A DNA stretch of 64,000 nucleotides from an uncultured Verrucomicrobiae bacterium (GCA_963788655.1 CAWBHS010000072.1:224001-288000), one strand, 5' to 3'. Positions 22,317 through 33,108 are shown, numbered from the stretch's first letter. Notes: a model not told the origin generated them from the sequence alone. Translations and numbers: made by a program.

Positions 22317-24788
22317 TTACTTTGTCCGCGTCGCGTCCACTTGCAGGCCTTCCAGCCGCGCGCCGTCGGGCGTAACCAAACGGGCGCAGTATTCCCAGCC
22401 CTGATTGTTTTGGGTGATCTTCAGCAAAAGCGTGTTCCATCCCTCGTGCAGCGAGACCTTCACTTTATCGGAGCCGACCGTCACGGGCCGGGCCGTATTG
22501 TTCGCGTGAACCAACTGACCGTTCAGCCAGACCTTGACGCCGTCGTCGGTGCCCAATTCAAGGCGAGCGGGTTGTTGCTTGTCGGCTCGGATGCTGGTGC
22601 GCACATAAGCCACACATTGTTCGCCGCCCAACGCCTTGAGCAAATCCAACAACCAGGGTTGGGCGGGGTTGGTGCCGGCCGGCAGCGAGCGCCATTCGAC
22701 GTTTCCGGTCGTGGGTGCTTCCGGCGGGAAAACAGTGTCAAACAGCGCGGCGTAGTTCTTTCCATCTTGCCGGTAGGGGCCCGCCACTTGCCAGGCCGTG
22801 ATGAACGAGGCCATGGCCTCGATTTGTTGCAGTTTTGCTTCGGCGGCTTGACGCAGGTCGGAGTTGGACGTCACCGCCAGCACCTTTTTTAGCGCCGTCC
22901 GCGCTAGTTCGGCATGGACACCCAACAGCCCACCGGCAATCTGGATCACCGCCTGGGCCGCTTCGTTCTTGATGTCGGCTTCGTCGAGCAACGGCAGCAC
23001 GAGTTGAAGGGCGGTGGAACTGGTGATCGTGGCGAATCCCGCCAGCACCAAGCGCTTTTCTTCGGGGCGGCTGGACAAGGCCAACATATTTTGAAGCGTG
23101 CTGATCCGTTGTTCTGTGGACAAGCCGGGGTTGGCGGGATTGTTCACCAGGCGAACGCAACCTCGCATGGCTACCGTGCGAAGATTCAAGCTGGCAGTGG
23201 TCTTGGTCACTTGGATCAAGTCCGGCAACAGTTTGGCATCATGGGTGGCAGCCAGTGCCCGAATGGCCTGGTCCCGGAAGTCCGGATTTGCGTCGCCAAC
23301 CGCGCGCCGCAACGCACTGCGGACCTGCGAATCCACCAGCACACTGCACACCGGGAGCAACGCCATGCGCGCTGCCAGCGGGCCGGCAAACAGGCGCTGC
23401 ACAATCGCGTTCACGTCCACGGCGGTTCCCCGTTCCTGGAGGCGCTGACAAACCGTGCCCAGGGCTTCTTGCGCCTGGGTGCGGACGGCTTCGGTTTGGG
23501 CGTCGGAAAGCAATTCCACCAAGGCGTTCACGTGCTCGGCGCCGGACAGCAATGCCAGCGCGCGAAACGAAGCTTTGCTCGCGGAAGCGGAACCGCTCCG
23601 CGCCAGTTCCAGTAATTTGGGCACGGTGGATTTCTCGGCGCGGCCAGCCAACGCTTTGACGACTTCCACCTGCACCGCAGGTTGGGCGGAAGCCAATTGC
23701 CCCACGAGCGCTTCGGTCACTGCGCCACGCCGCACTTCGAGCAACGTCTGTCGCGCGGCGGCTTGCGCTTCGTCGCTTCCTGCAACGGTGGCGTTTGCGA
23801 GTAATTCGACCGCGGATGCATCGCCCAATCGGCCCAGAGCAGTGAGGGCGGCCACGCGCACTGCGGCCTCCTTGCTGCGAGCCAAGGTGAGCACCGCCGG
23901 AGCCGCGGACGGATCACCGCGCTGTTGCAATACCCCAATCAATGCGATTTGCACGCCGGGCGAAACGTTGGGCAACAATTCCACGATCGCCGGAGTGGCA
24001 TCCGGACCTTCAAGCTCGCGAGCCATTTGCAGGGCCGCAGTTTGGATCGCGCCATCCACGCTTTGAATGCCGCTGATCACTAAGGGCAGCGCGCCGTCGC
24101 CCGCCGAACGGATCAGGCCGCGATAAGCGGCAGTGCGAATGCGATCCGGTTCCCGGGCAACGGCCAGTTGTCGGAACACGCCCGCCGCCGCCTCGTGTTG
24201 CTCATCGGCAAGGAGTTGATTGGCACAGCGCAACAAACCGTCCACGATCGCGGCTCGCACCGGCGCCTTCGCACTCGGGAACGCTGCTTGCAGACTTTTA
24301 AGGGCGCCAATCCGGCCCAGCGCGACGGCGGCGGCCATCGCACTCGCGGCTTCGGGATCGCGCAGCAGTTGTTCCAAGGAGGGCACCGCCGCTGTCTCTC
24401 GCCGGAAACCGAGTGAATTAATCAGGCCCACTTGAAGCAGACCTGAAGTCTTGGTAAGCGCCATTATCAACGCCGCGCCCGCTTCCGCTGCGGGCATTGA
24501 TTCCAAGGCATACCGCGCGGAATGGGACAGGTTTTCATCCGTCAACAGCAGCGCGAGCGCGGGCACGGACCGGGCGGTGCCGATGTGTTTCAGCCGGGCG
24601 CAAGCGGCGTCCTTTTGTTGCAGGCTGCTGTTGGATTGCAAGACGCCGATGAGCTGTTGTTCCTCGTTGGTGTCCGCGGCAATGAGCGGGGATTGGAAAC
24701 ACGAGGCTACCAGAACCAGAATCAGCCCAAGGGTGAGTGCTCCACGTTGTTCCGTGTATCGGTTGCTGAAATTGAAGGATGCTTTCAT
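22317..24788 (-). CDS. Secreted HEAT-repeat protein with C-terminal PA14-like beta-sandwich
   Basis: Ala/Leu-rich HEAT repeats (VRVAALTALGRLGD); C-terminal WQVAGP..LELGTDDGVKVWLNG..GWNTLLLKI. Confidence 0.82.
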   Translation of the reverse strand: MKASFNFSNRYTEQRGALTLGLILVLVASCFQSPLIAADTNEEQQLIGVLQSNSSLQQKDAACARLKHIGTARSVPALALLLTDENLSHSARYALESMPAAEAGAALIMALTKTSGLLQVGLINSLGFRRETAAVPSLEQLLRDPEAASAMAAAVALGRIGALKSLQAAFPSAKAPVRAAIVDGLLRCANQLLADEQHEAAAGVFRQLAVAREPDRIRTAAYRGLIRSAGDGALPLVISGIQSVDGAIQTAALQMARELEGPDATPAIVELLPNVSPGVQIALIGVLQQRGDPSAAPAVLTLARSKEAAVRVAALTALGRLGDASAVELLANATVAGSDEAQAAARQTLLEVRRGAVTEALVGQLASAQPAVQVEVVKALAGRAEKSTVPKLLELARSGSASASKASFRALALLSGAEHVNALVELLSDAQTEAVRTQAQEALGTVCQRLQERGTAVDVNAIVQRLFAGPLAARMALLPVCSVLVDSQVRSALRRAVGDANPDFRDQAIRALAATHDAKLLPDLIQVTKTTASLNLRTVAMRGCVRLVNNPANPGLSTEQRISTLQNMLALSSRPEEKRLVLAGFATITSSTALQLVLPLLDEADIKNEAAQAVIQIAGGLLGVHAELARTALKKVLAVTSNSDLRQAAEAKLQQIEAMASFITAWQVAGPYRQDGKNYAALFDTVFPPEAPTTGNVEWRSLPAGTNPAQPWLLDLLKALGGEQCVAYVRTSIRADKQQPARLELGTDDGVKVWLNGQLVHANNTARPVTVGSDKVKVSLHEGWNTLLLKITQNNQGWEYCARLVTPDGARLEGLQVDATRTK

Positions 24789-24838
24789 TCTTGAATCGCT
24801 TTCGTTGAATGGTCGGAAAAATGTTTTGCGATAGGCCG

Positions 24839-26152
24839 TCAGGTGCGCCACGGGGGACGCTTGGCAATCGACAACATCCGGTTGGCTTCGTCGTCGTTGA
24901 CGAACTCTTCACGTTCCGGGTTCCACCGCAGCGGACGCTGCAATTGTTTCTCGATACCGCCCAGCAACAAGGCGCTCACCGCGCGTTGGGCGATGTCCAC
25001 GTCGCAGATCGTTTTCTTCCGGGTGCGGATGCACTCCAGGAAGTTGCCCGAATGGCTGTTGCAGTGGTACAGATGCACCTCGTCCGGGCGCAATGGTTCG
25101 CGGACGATTTCCGGCGGATCGGAAACCAGCGCGCCGCGGTCCACCGCGATGCGGCCTTCAGTGCCCACAAAGCAAGCGCCGCCCTCGCCGCCGGTGCGTT
25201 CACCGGGGTAACCGAAGCCGAACACGACCACGCCGCTGGCGTATTTGTAGCACGTCCGGCCTTGTTCCATGAATAGTTCCACCGGCCCGGTCTGGTCGGC
25301 GTCGGCGGCCCATTGCACAATGTCATAATGGTGCTGGCCCCAATTGAGTTCGCCGATGTCGAAGCGATGCGGGCCAGTGTTGCCATCGTAGGGAATCAAG
25401 GGCGCCGGGCCCAGGTAGAGATCCCAATCCAAACCCTCGGGAACCGGTTTGCCCGCGCCGAAACGAGTGGGCCAGTCGATGGCCCCGCCGTCGCGATAGG
25501 CGTAAATCTCCTTCAACCGGCCAATGCGGCCACTGCGGACAAATTCGCACGCGCGTCGGAACTTGCCGTTATACTCGCTGCGTTGCTGAGTGCCGGCTTG
25601 ATACACGCGTCCGTAACGCCGCACTGCCGCCAGCACGTCCTGGCTTTCGCGGATGGTTCCGGCGGTGGGTTTCTCGCAGTATATGTCCTTGCCCGCTTGC
25701 GCCGCCATCACGGCCATGGTCGCGTGCCAGTGGGCTGGCGTGGCAATGAGCACGGCCTCAATGTCGTCACGATCCAGCACATGGCGAAAATCGGTGTAAG
25801 CAGTGCAGGGCCGGTATTGGCCTGGGCCGTAGGTCTGCGCGTAATACTGATTGACCGGTTGCTGCGCGCGTTCGCGGCGATCCCGCCAAGTGTCGCAAAC
25901 GGCCAGCACCTGTACGTCCTTCCGGGCGGTGTAGCCGCCGGTCAAATACGTCCACGCGCCGCCCAGCAGATGGCCGGTGCCCTGGCTACCCACCCCGATG
26001 AAGCCCATGGTGATGCGCTCACTGGGAGCCATTGCCCCGCCGCGTCCCAAGGCGGAAGCGGGAATCAGAGTTGGGGCCGCCAACAGGGCGCTCAACGCGC
26101 CGACGTTGCGCCGCAAGAATTGGCGTCGCGAAATGGAGCTATCTCGATTCAT
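24839..26152 (-). CDS. Tat-exported Gfo/Idh/MocA family oxidoreductase
   Basis: SRRQFLRR, MGFIGVGSQG, IATPAHWH, GKDIYCEKP, GTQQRS. Confidence 0.92.
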   Translation of the reverse strand: MNRDSSISRRQFLRRNVGALSALLAAPTLIPASALGRGGAMAPSERITMGFIGVGSQGTGHLLGGAWTYLTGGYTARKDVQVLAVCDTWRDRRERAQQPVNQYYAQTYGPGQYRPCTAYTDFRHVLDRDDIEAVLIATPAHWHATMAVMAAQAGKDIYCEKPTAGTIRESQDVLAAVRRYGRVYQAGTQQRSEYNGKFRRACEFVRSGRIGRLKEIYAYRDGGAIDWPTRFGAGKPVPEGLDWDLYLGPAPLIPYDGNTGPHRFDIGELNWGQHHYDIVQWAADADQTGPVELFMEQGRTCYKYASGVVVFGFGYPGERTGGEGGACFVGTEGRIAVDRGALVSDPPEIVREPLRPDEVHLYHCNSHSGNFLECIRTRKKTICDVDIAQRAVSALLLGGIEKQLQRPLRWNPEREEFVNDDEANRMLSIAKRPPWRT

Positions 26153-26212
26153 AAACAGGATTCGATGAGTTGTACGATTAGTGAGTCTGGACGGTTGTCC
26201 TGGCGGTGTCAT

Positions 26213-27538
26213 TCATTTTTCTACCTGGACGGCGGGTGGATCGCCTGAAGCGTTGGCCCGCCGTGTCTGCGTGCGGCCCAGGGCAATGGCCAGGGATATC
26301 CAGATCGTCGCCAACAGAAAAACCGCCGACGCCATGGGGATCAATCCCGGCCCCAGGTTTGCCAGCGACCGTTCAATTTGCGCGCCGCAGGCATCGCCGG
26401 AACGAAAACCGAACGTATCGAGAAAGGACTTGGCTTTGTATTTCTCTTCGCGCTCCACCACGGTGAACAACGTTTCGCGCGCCGGGCGGGCGATGCCCTG
26501 TTGGGCCGCGCGAAAGAACGCGTTGACCAGGGTGAACATGTTCAGGGTTGGCCATACCATCAGTCCGGCAGTGCCACCCACCGCCAGGATGGGCAACATG
26601 GACAACGTGACGCCCACGCCGGCCCACCGAATGATCCGGGCCGCGAGGAACGCTTGGACGAGCAGCGTGACCACTTGGCGCCAGATGTTGATATTGGCAA
26701 ACAACGAGGTGCGGTGGTCCAACGAATTGCTGGCCGCGGCGACGAGGCGGAGACCGGTGAAATAAAGAAACGTCGAAACCACACCGGCAATCACGATGAA
26801 CATCCCAATGCCCAGGATGTACGGTGAGCGGGCGACGGCGGTAATGCCGGCCAGCGAGTGCCCGCCTATCGGCCGCCGGTCCGGCAGGTCGGCAGCGCAT
26901 CGGCTTCGACGGTGGGCGATCATGGCCGCCAGCCAGACGGCCACTTCGAGCAGAGCGACGGCAACGATGAACAGCGACGCGACGCCCAACCGGTCGGACA
27001 AATCCCACGAGATCAACGAACCGAAAATGGCCCCGAGCGTACCGCCAATGGCAATGGCCGGGAAGAGTCGCTTGCTTTCCGTCAGACTGAACAGGTCGGC
27101 CATGAACGCCCAAAACAGGGAGACCACAAACAGATTGAAGACCGAATGATAGACGTAATAAACCGAAGCGACGTGCATCCGGATGCTGGCTGGAAACAAG
27201 GTCAAACCCGCGCAAAATCCGAGCAAAATGACCGCGCATATCCGAAAGGAAACGGTCAGTAGTTTGTCCCGGCGCACGCGTGAAACCAGCCAGCCGAACA
27301 AGGGCGCCAACAGCAGCGTGGAGCCGAGGGTAATCAGAAACAGCCCGCGGACCTTTTCAATGCCTTGCGCCAAGCCCAATGCTTCGCGCAACGGACGGAG
27401 GATCATGATCACCGTGAGCAGGACAAAGAACAGCAGGCCGGCCCCCAATACTTCGCGGCCTTCGCCCGGACGGATTTCGGTGCTGCCCGAAAGCAGCCGA
27501 TTGATCCCGCGGCTGAAGGATTCAGATGAAAAAGCCAC
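26213..27538 (-). CDS. MFS-fold transporter, TLC/AAA (ATP:ADP antiporter-like) family
   Basis: ILRPLRE, FNLFVVSLFWAFMADLF..ESKRLFP, ARETLFTVV..EKYKAKSFLD; about 12 hydrophobic segments. Confidence 0.8.
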   Translation of the reverse strand: MAFSSESFSRGINRLLSGSTEIRPGEGREVLGAGLLFFVLLTVIMILRPLREALGLAQGIEKVRGLFLITLGSTLLLAPLFGWLVSRVRRDKLLTVSFRICAVILLGFCAGLTLFPASIRMHVASVYYVYHSVFNLFVVSLFWAFMADLFSLTESKRLFPAIAIGGTLGAIFGSLISWDLSDRLGVASLFIVAVALLEVAVWLAAMIAHRRSRCAADLPDRRPIGGHSLAGITAVARSPYILGIGMFIVIAGVVSTFLYFTGLRLVAAASNSLDHRTSLFANINIWRQVVTLLVQAFLAARIIRWAGVGVTLSMLPILAVGGTAGLMVWPTLNMFTLVNAFFRAAQQGIARPARETLFTVVEREEKYKAKSFLDTFGFRSGDACGAQIERSLANLGPGLIPMASAVFLLATIWISLAIALGRTQTRRANASGDPPAVQVEK

Positions 27539-28006
27539 GCTGGTTACTGGGAGGTTGGCCGTTCGCGTTGCTGCCGGTGTTGTTCACGCCCGAGAAGATA
27601 GCAAGTTTGTTCGTTCCGCCCAATGGATAATGCGACTGGTCAGTATGAGCCCGGCCGCCGTCAATCCAAGAGCGGGGGAAATCGAGTCGTGAAAGCGTTA
27701 ACGGGTTGAAGCGTTGAAGCGGTGGAAGAATTCGGGGCCACTGGCGAACAGTTTCCCCGTTCCAGCGTGTTTCAGGAACGCGTAACCGTAAACCAAGTGG
27801 CGCGGTGAAACCCTGCTCCGGGCGCATGCAAACCAATCACTTTTGGGTGGTCAGTGGGACGCTGCCAATCGTGCCGTGTTTTCCTTTAAAATCAGCCGCG
27901 TTCTCACGAACGCAGCCACAGTCTCTGCTGGTCACTCCCAACAGCTTGGCCTTGCTTTGGACGACATCAACGCCGTAAATGGGACTTCAATCGACTCGAC
28001 GAATTT

Positions 28007-30718
28007 ATGAAGGCCAAATTGTTCACCATGGTCTGGTTTGCCGTGACCGCGTCGTTGGGCGCGGCTACTCCGGTATTGCAGGTAATGCGAAGCGCGGCAG
28101 GCGGAGCGTCCCTGCTGCGGAACGGTAACTTCAAACAAGCCCGCGACGGTCAGGCACTGGAATGGCGGGCCGCGCCCCAAGGTTATCAAGTGGCGCCGAA
28201 CGAGGGCAGGGGAGGGTCGCAGGCGTTACGGTGTCAGACTGCGTCCGCGGACGGTTGGGCGGGCGCGAGCCAAACCCTGACGTTAAACCGCCGCGAAGTG
28301 GCCCCGTTGATCGTGCGCGGTTGGAGCAAGGCCGCCAACGTGAGCGGCGGCACGGACAGCGGATATTCGCTCTACGTGGACATCGTCTATGCGGACGGCA
28401 CCCCGCTCTGGGGCCAGACCGGCAATTTCCATTGCGGCACCCACGACTGGGAGCCGCGGGAGTTCGTTATTCTTCCGGACCAGCCGGTGAAATCGCTGAC
28501 GCTGCACTGCATCTTTCGCGGGCACGCGGGCCAGGTGTGGTTCGACGATGTGTCCGTGCAGGAAGTCACGGCGGAAGGCGGAGCGGTTTTGTTTCAAGGC
28601 GTGCCCATGACGGCGCAATCGGTGAAAGCTTTGGCAGCAAATGCGAATTCGCCCGAAGCTGCCACGACCGTCGAGAATGAGCCACGCAAACCGGCCAACT
28701 CATCCACACTCACCACTCAGGACGGTTTGCAACTGGCGCTGCACGATCAGGCCGTTGTGGGGTTTGCAGCGGCGGACCTCAAATCGCCCTCGAACTCGCC
28801 CATCGGATTCCTGGCCCGCGACGTGGCGGCTAATTCCGACGTGTTTGCTTTCGAAAACGGCACGTGCGCTGAGTTGGGGTTAAGAATCGAGGCCCGGTTC
28901 ACTGCTCACTCCAATCATATCGAAGTGCTAGGCCGCGTTACGGACCTGACTGGCAAGGACCGCGCAGTGACGTTGCTGTTTGGCTTGCCGGTGGACGCCA
29001 CGGGATGGCATTGGGGCGATGACATTCGCCGCGAACGAACCATTCGTGGCAAGGGCGAATTCGTCAATCAAGTGGCGGTTCGCTGCGGCGCGACGGGCAC
29101 GATGTCGCTCTATCCCGTGGGCGCGATTTGGAACGATACGACCGGTTTGGCCCTGGCGCTCGACCTGGCGCAGCCGGCCCAATATCGAGTCGGCTATCAC
29201 GCCGGATTGAAACTGCTCTTCCTCGCTTACGATTTTGGTTTGGTAAAGGACACGGAACGTTTTCCGAGCAGCGCAGACTTCCGTTTTGTCATTTACCGCT
29301 TCGCACCGCCGTGGGGATTTCGGGCGGCGTGGCAGAAGTATATGGAGATTTTCCCCGCGCAGTTCGAGGTGCGCTCGAAGGCGCAGGGCATCTGGATGCC
29401 GTTCACCGACGTGAGCAAGGTTGCGGACTGGCAGGACTTTGGCTTTAGGTATCACGAGGGCAATAACAACGTGTCCTGGGATGACCAACATGGCGTGCTG
29501 AGTTTTCGCTACACCGAGCCCATGACGTGGTGGATGCGGATGAAGAAGGGCATTCCCCGCACGATGTCGGAGGCGCTGAAGGCGCGCGACGAATTGGCCA
29601 ACGGCTACAATGACCACCAGCGTCAAATGGCCCGCGTAGCGCAAGTGGCCGGAATGTTCGATGAAACCAGCCAACCGGCGCTCCAATTTCGCGATACGCC
29701 GTGGTGCGATGGTGCGGTGTGGAGTTTGAATCCGAATCCATATCTTGGCTCCCGACTGCTCGAGGAAAGTTTTCCGCTTGCCTCGCTTCCGCCAAAGACC
29801 TCCTCGGGGCTCACCAACGCCGCCACGGTGTATTGGAACGATTCGATCAAACAGGCGCTGTATGGTCCCAAGGCCAAAGGCAAGCTGGACGGAGAATACC
29901 TGGATTCGCTGGAGGGGTATGTGACGGCGGACCTGAATTTCCGGCGGGAACATTTTCGTTCGACCACGGTGCCCCTGACGTTCAGCGCGGAAACCAAACA
30001 ACCGGCCTTGTTCAAAGGATTGGCGGTGTTTGAATTCACCCGCTGGATGGCGAACGACGTGCATGGCTTGGGCAAGCTGATGTTTGCCAACGGCGTTCCG
30101 TATCGGTTCACGTTCCTGTGTCCGTGCCTCGACGTGATGGGCACCGAAACCGATTGGTTACGAGCCGGCAAATATCAGCCGGCGGACTTGGCGCGGATGG
30201 ATCTTTGGCGCACAATGTCCGGCCAGAAGCCGTATTTGCTGCTAATGAACACGGATTACGATGCGTTCACGACGGATCGGGTGGAGAAGTATTTTCAGCG
30301 AAGTCTGTTTTACGGAATGTGGCCCAGCATGTTTAGTCATAATGCGGCGGAGAATCCCTATTGGCAGAACCCCAAGTGGTACAATCGCGACCGCGCGTTG
30401 TTCAAAAAATACATTCCGATCATCCGCCAGGTGGCGGAAGCAGGCTGGCAACCGGTCACGCAAGCGGCTTCGGACAACGTACATATTTCGGTCGAACGCT
30501 TTGGTCCGGATGATCACGCCAATTTGTTCTTTACGGCGTTCAATGACACGGCCAAAATACAAACTGGAGTCCTGCGTCCACGCTACCAGGAACTCGCTTT
30601 CGATCCGTCCGCTCACGCCGTCGAGTTGTTGTCCGGCCAACCGCCCAAGTCCGCCGAGCAAGGCTGGCAGATTCGATTGTCACCGCAAGAAGTGGCCGTC
30701 ATCCGGTTGAGCAAATGA
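28007..30718 (+). CDS. Secreted hypothetical protein: CBM4/9-like N-terminal domain plus probable glycoside-hydrolase-like barrel
   Basis: Signal peptide; LLRNGNF..GQVWFDDVSV (CBM-like); DGEYLDSLE resembles GH barrel motifs; family unassigned. Confidence 0.6.
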   Translation: MKAKLFTMVWFAVTASLGAATPVLQVMRSAAGGASLLRNGNFKQARDGQALEWRAAPQGYQVAPNEGRGGSQALRCQTASADGWAGASQTLTLNRREVAPLIVRGWSKAANVSGGTDSGYSLYVDIVYADGTPLWGQTGNFHCGTHDWEPREFVILPDQPVKSLTLHCIFRGHAGQVWFDDVSVQEVTAEGGAVLFQGVPMTAQSVKALAANANSPEAATTVENEPRKPANSSTLTTQDGLQLALHDQAVVGFAAADLKSPSNSPIGFLARDVAANSDVFAFENGTCAELGLRIEARFTAHSNHIEVLGRVTDLTGKDRAVTLLFGLPVDATGWHWGDDIRRERTIRGKGEFVNQVAVRCGATGTMSLYPVGAIWNDTTGLALALDLAQPAQYRVGYHAGLKLLFLAYDFGLVKDTERFPSSADFRFVIYRFAPPWGFRAAWQKYMEIFPAQFEVRSKAQGIWMPFTDVSKVADWQDFGFRYHEGNNNVSWDDQHGVLSFRYTEPMTWWMRMKKGIPRTMSEALKARDELANGYNDHQRQMARVAQVAGMFDETSQPALQFRDTPWCDGAVWSLNPNPYLGSRLLEESFPLASLPPKTSSGLTNAATVYWNDSIKQALYGPKAKGKLDGEYLDSLEGYVTADLNFRREHFRSTTVPLTFSAETKQPALFKGLAVFEFTRWMANDVHGLGKLMFANGVPYRFTFLCPCLDVMGTETDWLRAGKYQPADLARMDLWRTMSGQKPYLLLMNTDYDAFTTDRVEKYFQRSLFYGMWPSMFSHNAAENPYWQNPKWYNRDRALFKKYIPIIRQVAEAGWQPVTQAASDNVHISVERFGPDDHANLFFTAFNDTAKIQTGVLRPRYQELAFDPSAHAVELLSGQPPKSAEQGWQIRLSPQEVAVIRLSK

Positions 30719-33108
30719 TTGATCGCCGAAGGTTTTTCCATCTTGCCGGGACCGCCGTGAGATCTCGCGGACATAACTCTCCACAAAGGGCAGGATTGTC
30801 TTGGAGCCTTCCTCGAACCAACTCTATATGCCGCGGCTACCTGAACCGTAGCGGCGTCTCGGTAGAGCGCCGCCATCTTGGACCAAGTAAGTTTGCGGCG
30901 CTCTACCGAGATGCCGCTACGAGGTTCAAACTGGCGCGCATTTCGTCGTCGGGGAGCGCACCCGCCTCGGGTGCTGCCAACCGGCGCCCTCGCCGGTTGG
31001 CTCCGCGACATGCCAGCCACTGGATTGTTGATTTGCTGTACTTGCGCGAAGAGTGGTTGGCGAGGCGCCAACCACAGCGCCCGAGGCGGGCGCGCTCCCC
31101 ATCCAAACGGCTGCCCTTTTCAATCACACTTTCAGCAAGGCGAACCCGCCGCGGTGTCTGCGCATTGTTCAGTCTGTTGGTCGTTCTATTGGTGACGCAA
31201 ACTACCCTTGCTGCGACTGCACCGATTGCCCTGGTGCGCGGGACGTTCACCGCCAAGAAGCTCCCGGCCGAAGCCAACGGTGTGACCATCTATACTCAGA
31301 CCGTGAAGGACTGCCTGACCCAATCGCGCGTGCGCTTCGACGAGTTGGACGATCACGATGTCGTGGCCGGAAAATTGCGCGGCTATCGCGTGGCGATCCT
31401 GCCTTACAACGCCGTGATGCTATCGGAGGAAGAAACGGAACTCCTTCAATTCCTCGACAACGGCGGCAAGTTGATTGCCTTCTACACGTTGACGCCGAAA
31501 CTGCGCGAGCGGTTTGGGATCCGCTTCGAGCGCCTGCAAGCGGCGGATGCGTCCACGCGATTTTCCATCATCAAATTCAAGCCGGACTTGATCACCGGCC
31601 TCCCGGAAACGGTGCGGCAAGGTTCCTGGAACATTCACGTGGTCAAAATAACTTCACCCCGTACCCGGGTGCTGGCCGAATGGCTGGATGCCGGCGGTCG
31701 GCACACCGGTTGCCCAGCCTGGATCCTGGCGCCATGCGGGGCGTGGATGTCGCACGTGCTGCTGCCGCGCGCCAATGCGGAGAAACGGCAAATGTTGTTG
31801 GCGTTGATCGGACATTACCTGCCGGAAGTCTGGGACAAACCGGCCCTGACCGCCTTGTCGCATATCGGGCGAATCGGCGGTCACCATCGTGTCGAAGAAT
31901 TGGCGGACTCCATCGAGCAATCCTCCATATCCTATTCCGCGCGTCGGCGAGCGCGGCAAGCGGTCAAACAGGCGCTCGCTTACCAAGACGACGCCTTCAA
32001 GCTGGCCATGGATCGGAAGTTTGCCGCCGCGTGTGTGACGGCCCAAACCGCACGGCGTTACGCCGAAGAAGCGTTCTATCGCGCCCAGCCATCCCGGAAG
32101 AATGAGTTTCGCGGGGTGTGGATTCATTCGCCGTACGGGATCAAAGGCTGGGGCTGGGACCAGACCGTGCGCGTCCTTAAAGAGAACGGTTTCAACGCCA
32201 TCTTTCCCAACCTGCTTTGGGCCGGGCGCAGCTTTTATCCAAGCCCGGTTTTCCAAGCCGCCGGCGGGTCGGACCAAACGTCGCCGGATTTGCTGGCGGA
32301 GTGCTTGCAGGCCTGTCGCAAATACGGCATCGAAATGCACGTCTGGAAGGTGAACTTCAACCTCGTCAATGCCCCCGCGAATTGGGTGGCCCGACTGCGC
32401 GCCGCGGGTCGCACCCAAGTCAGCAAGACTGGCGAGCCGTTGGACTGGTTGTGTCCGTCGCACCCGTTGAACTTCGTGCTCGAACGCGATTCGTTGCTCG
32501 AAGTGGTGCGCCGCTACCACGTGGACGGATTGCACTTTGATTACATCCGCTATCCGAATGCCAGCGCGTGTTATTGTGCGGGCTGCCAGGAACGCTTCGA
32601 AGCCGGGAGCGGCTTCAAAATTGAAAAGTATCCGGCGGACGTCATCAGCGGACCGTACGCCGCTCAGTTCAAGCAGTGGCGGCGCGACTTGATCAGCCGG
32701 CTCGTTTATGCGGTCAGCACCGAGGCGCGAGCGATTCGGCCGCGCATCAAGATTTCCGCGGCGGTCTTTGGCGATTGGGATGACTGCCGCCACACCGTCG
32801 GGCAGGATTGGAAGCTCTGGGTGGATGCCGGTTGGTTGGATTTCGTGTGTCCGATGGATTATGAGCCGAATAATAAGGTTTTCGGTTCACTGGTGCGCTA
32901 TCAGGTCAAATGGGTGAACCAACAAGTCCCACTCTATGTGGGCATTGGCACTTACCAGATGGCATCGCCGGAAGATCTCATTCCGCAAATTCAACTCACC
33001 CGCCAATTGGGTGCGGATGGCTTCGTGCTCTTTCAAGAGGACGAACGTTTGGCCCAGGAATTTTTGCCCGCGCTCAAACTGGGGATCACTTCGGCACCGC
33101 CAAAATGA
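30715..33108 (+). CDS. Glycoside hydrolase-like family 10 (GHL10/DUF187) protein; start uncertain
   Basis: EFRGVWIH, GIEMHVW, WLCPSHP, YHVDGLHFDYIRYP, GQDWKLW..DFVCPMDY. The first ~130 codons run through two palindromic elements. Confidence 0.85.
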   Translation: MIDRRRFFHLAGTAVRSRGHNSPQRAGLSWSLPRTNSICRGYLNRSGVSVERRHLGPSKFAALYRDAATRFKLARISSSGSAPASGAANRRPRRLAPRHASHWIVDLLYLREEWLARRQPQRPRRARSPSKRLPFSITLSARRTRRGVCALFSLLVVLLVTQTTLAATAPIALVRGTFTAKKLPAEANGVTIYTQTVKDCLTQSRVRFDELDDHDVVAGKLRGYRVAILPYNAVMLSEEETELLQFLDNGGKLIAFYTLTPKLRERFGIRFERLQAADASTRFSIIKFKPDLITGLPETVRQGSWNIHVVKITSPRTRVLAEWLDAGGRHTGCPAWILAPCGAWMSHVLLPRANAEKRQMLLALIGHYLPEVWDKPALTALSHIGRIGGHHRVEELADSIEQSSISYSARRRARQAVKQALAYQDDAFKLAMDRKFAAACVTAQTARRYAEEAFYRAQPSRKNEFRGVWIHSPYGIKGWGWDQTVRVLKENGFNAIFPNLLWAGRSFYPSPVFQAAGGSDQTSPDLLAECLQACRKYGIEMHVWKVNFNLVNAPANWVARLRAAGRTQVSKTGEPLDWLCPSHPLNFVLERDSLLEVVRRYHVDGLHFDYIRYPNASACYCAGCQERFEAGSGFKIEKYPADVISGPYAAQFKQWRRDLISRLVYAVSTEARAIRPRIKISAAVFGDWDDCRHTVGQDWKLWVDAGWLDFVCPMDYEPNNKVFGSLVRYQVKWVNQQVPLYVGIGTYQMASPEDLIPQIQLTRQLGADGFVLFQEDERLAQEFLPALKLGITSAPPK
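30847..30921. repeat. REP-like inverted doublet (GTAGCGGCGTCTCGGTAGAGCGCCGC family)
   Basis: CGTAGCGGCGTCTCGGTAGAGCGCCGC ... GCGGCGCTCTACCGAGATGCCGCTACG; second copy at 33127-33199. Confidence 0.88.
30952..31099. repeat. REP-like inverted doublet (GGGAGCGCACCCGCCTCGGG family)
   Basis: GGGAGCGCACCCGCCTCGGG ... CCCGAGGCGGGCGCGCTCCC. Confidence 0.75.

Noticed and set aside
21648..22440. Many overlapping short ORFs (VLPASCRQ / CRRDAGSTL peptides), also near 17480, 41440 and 59790
   Set aside because: They are translations of the REP family on both strands.
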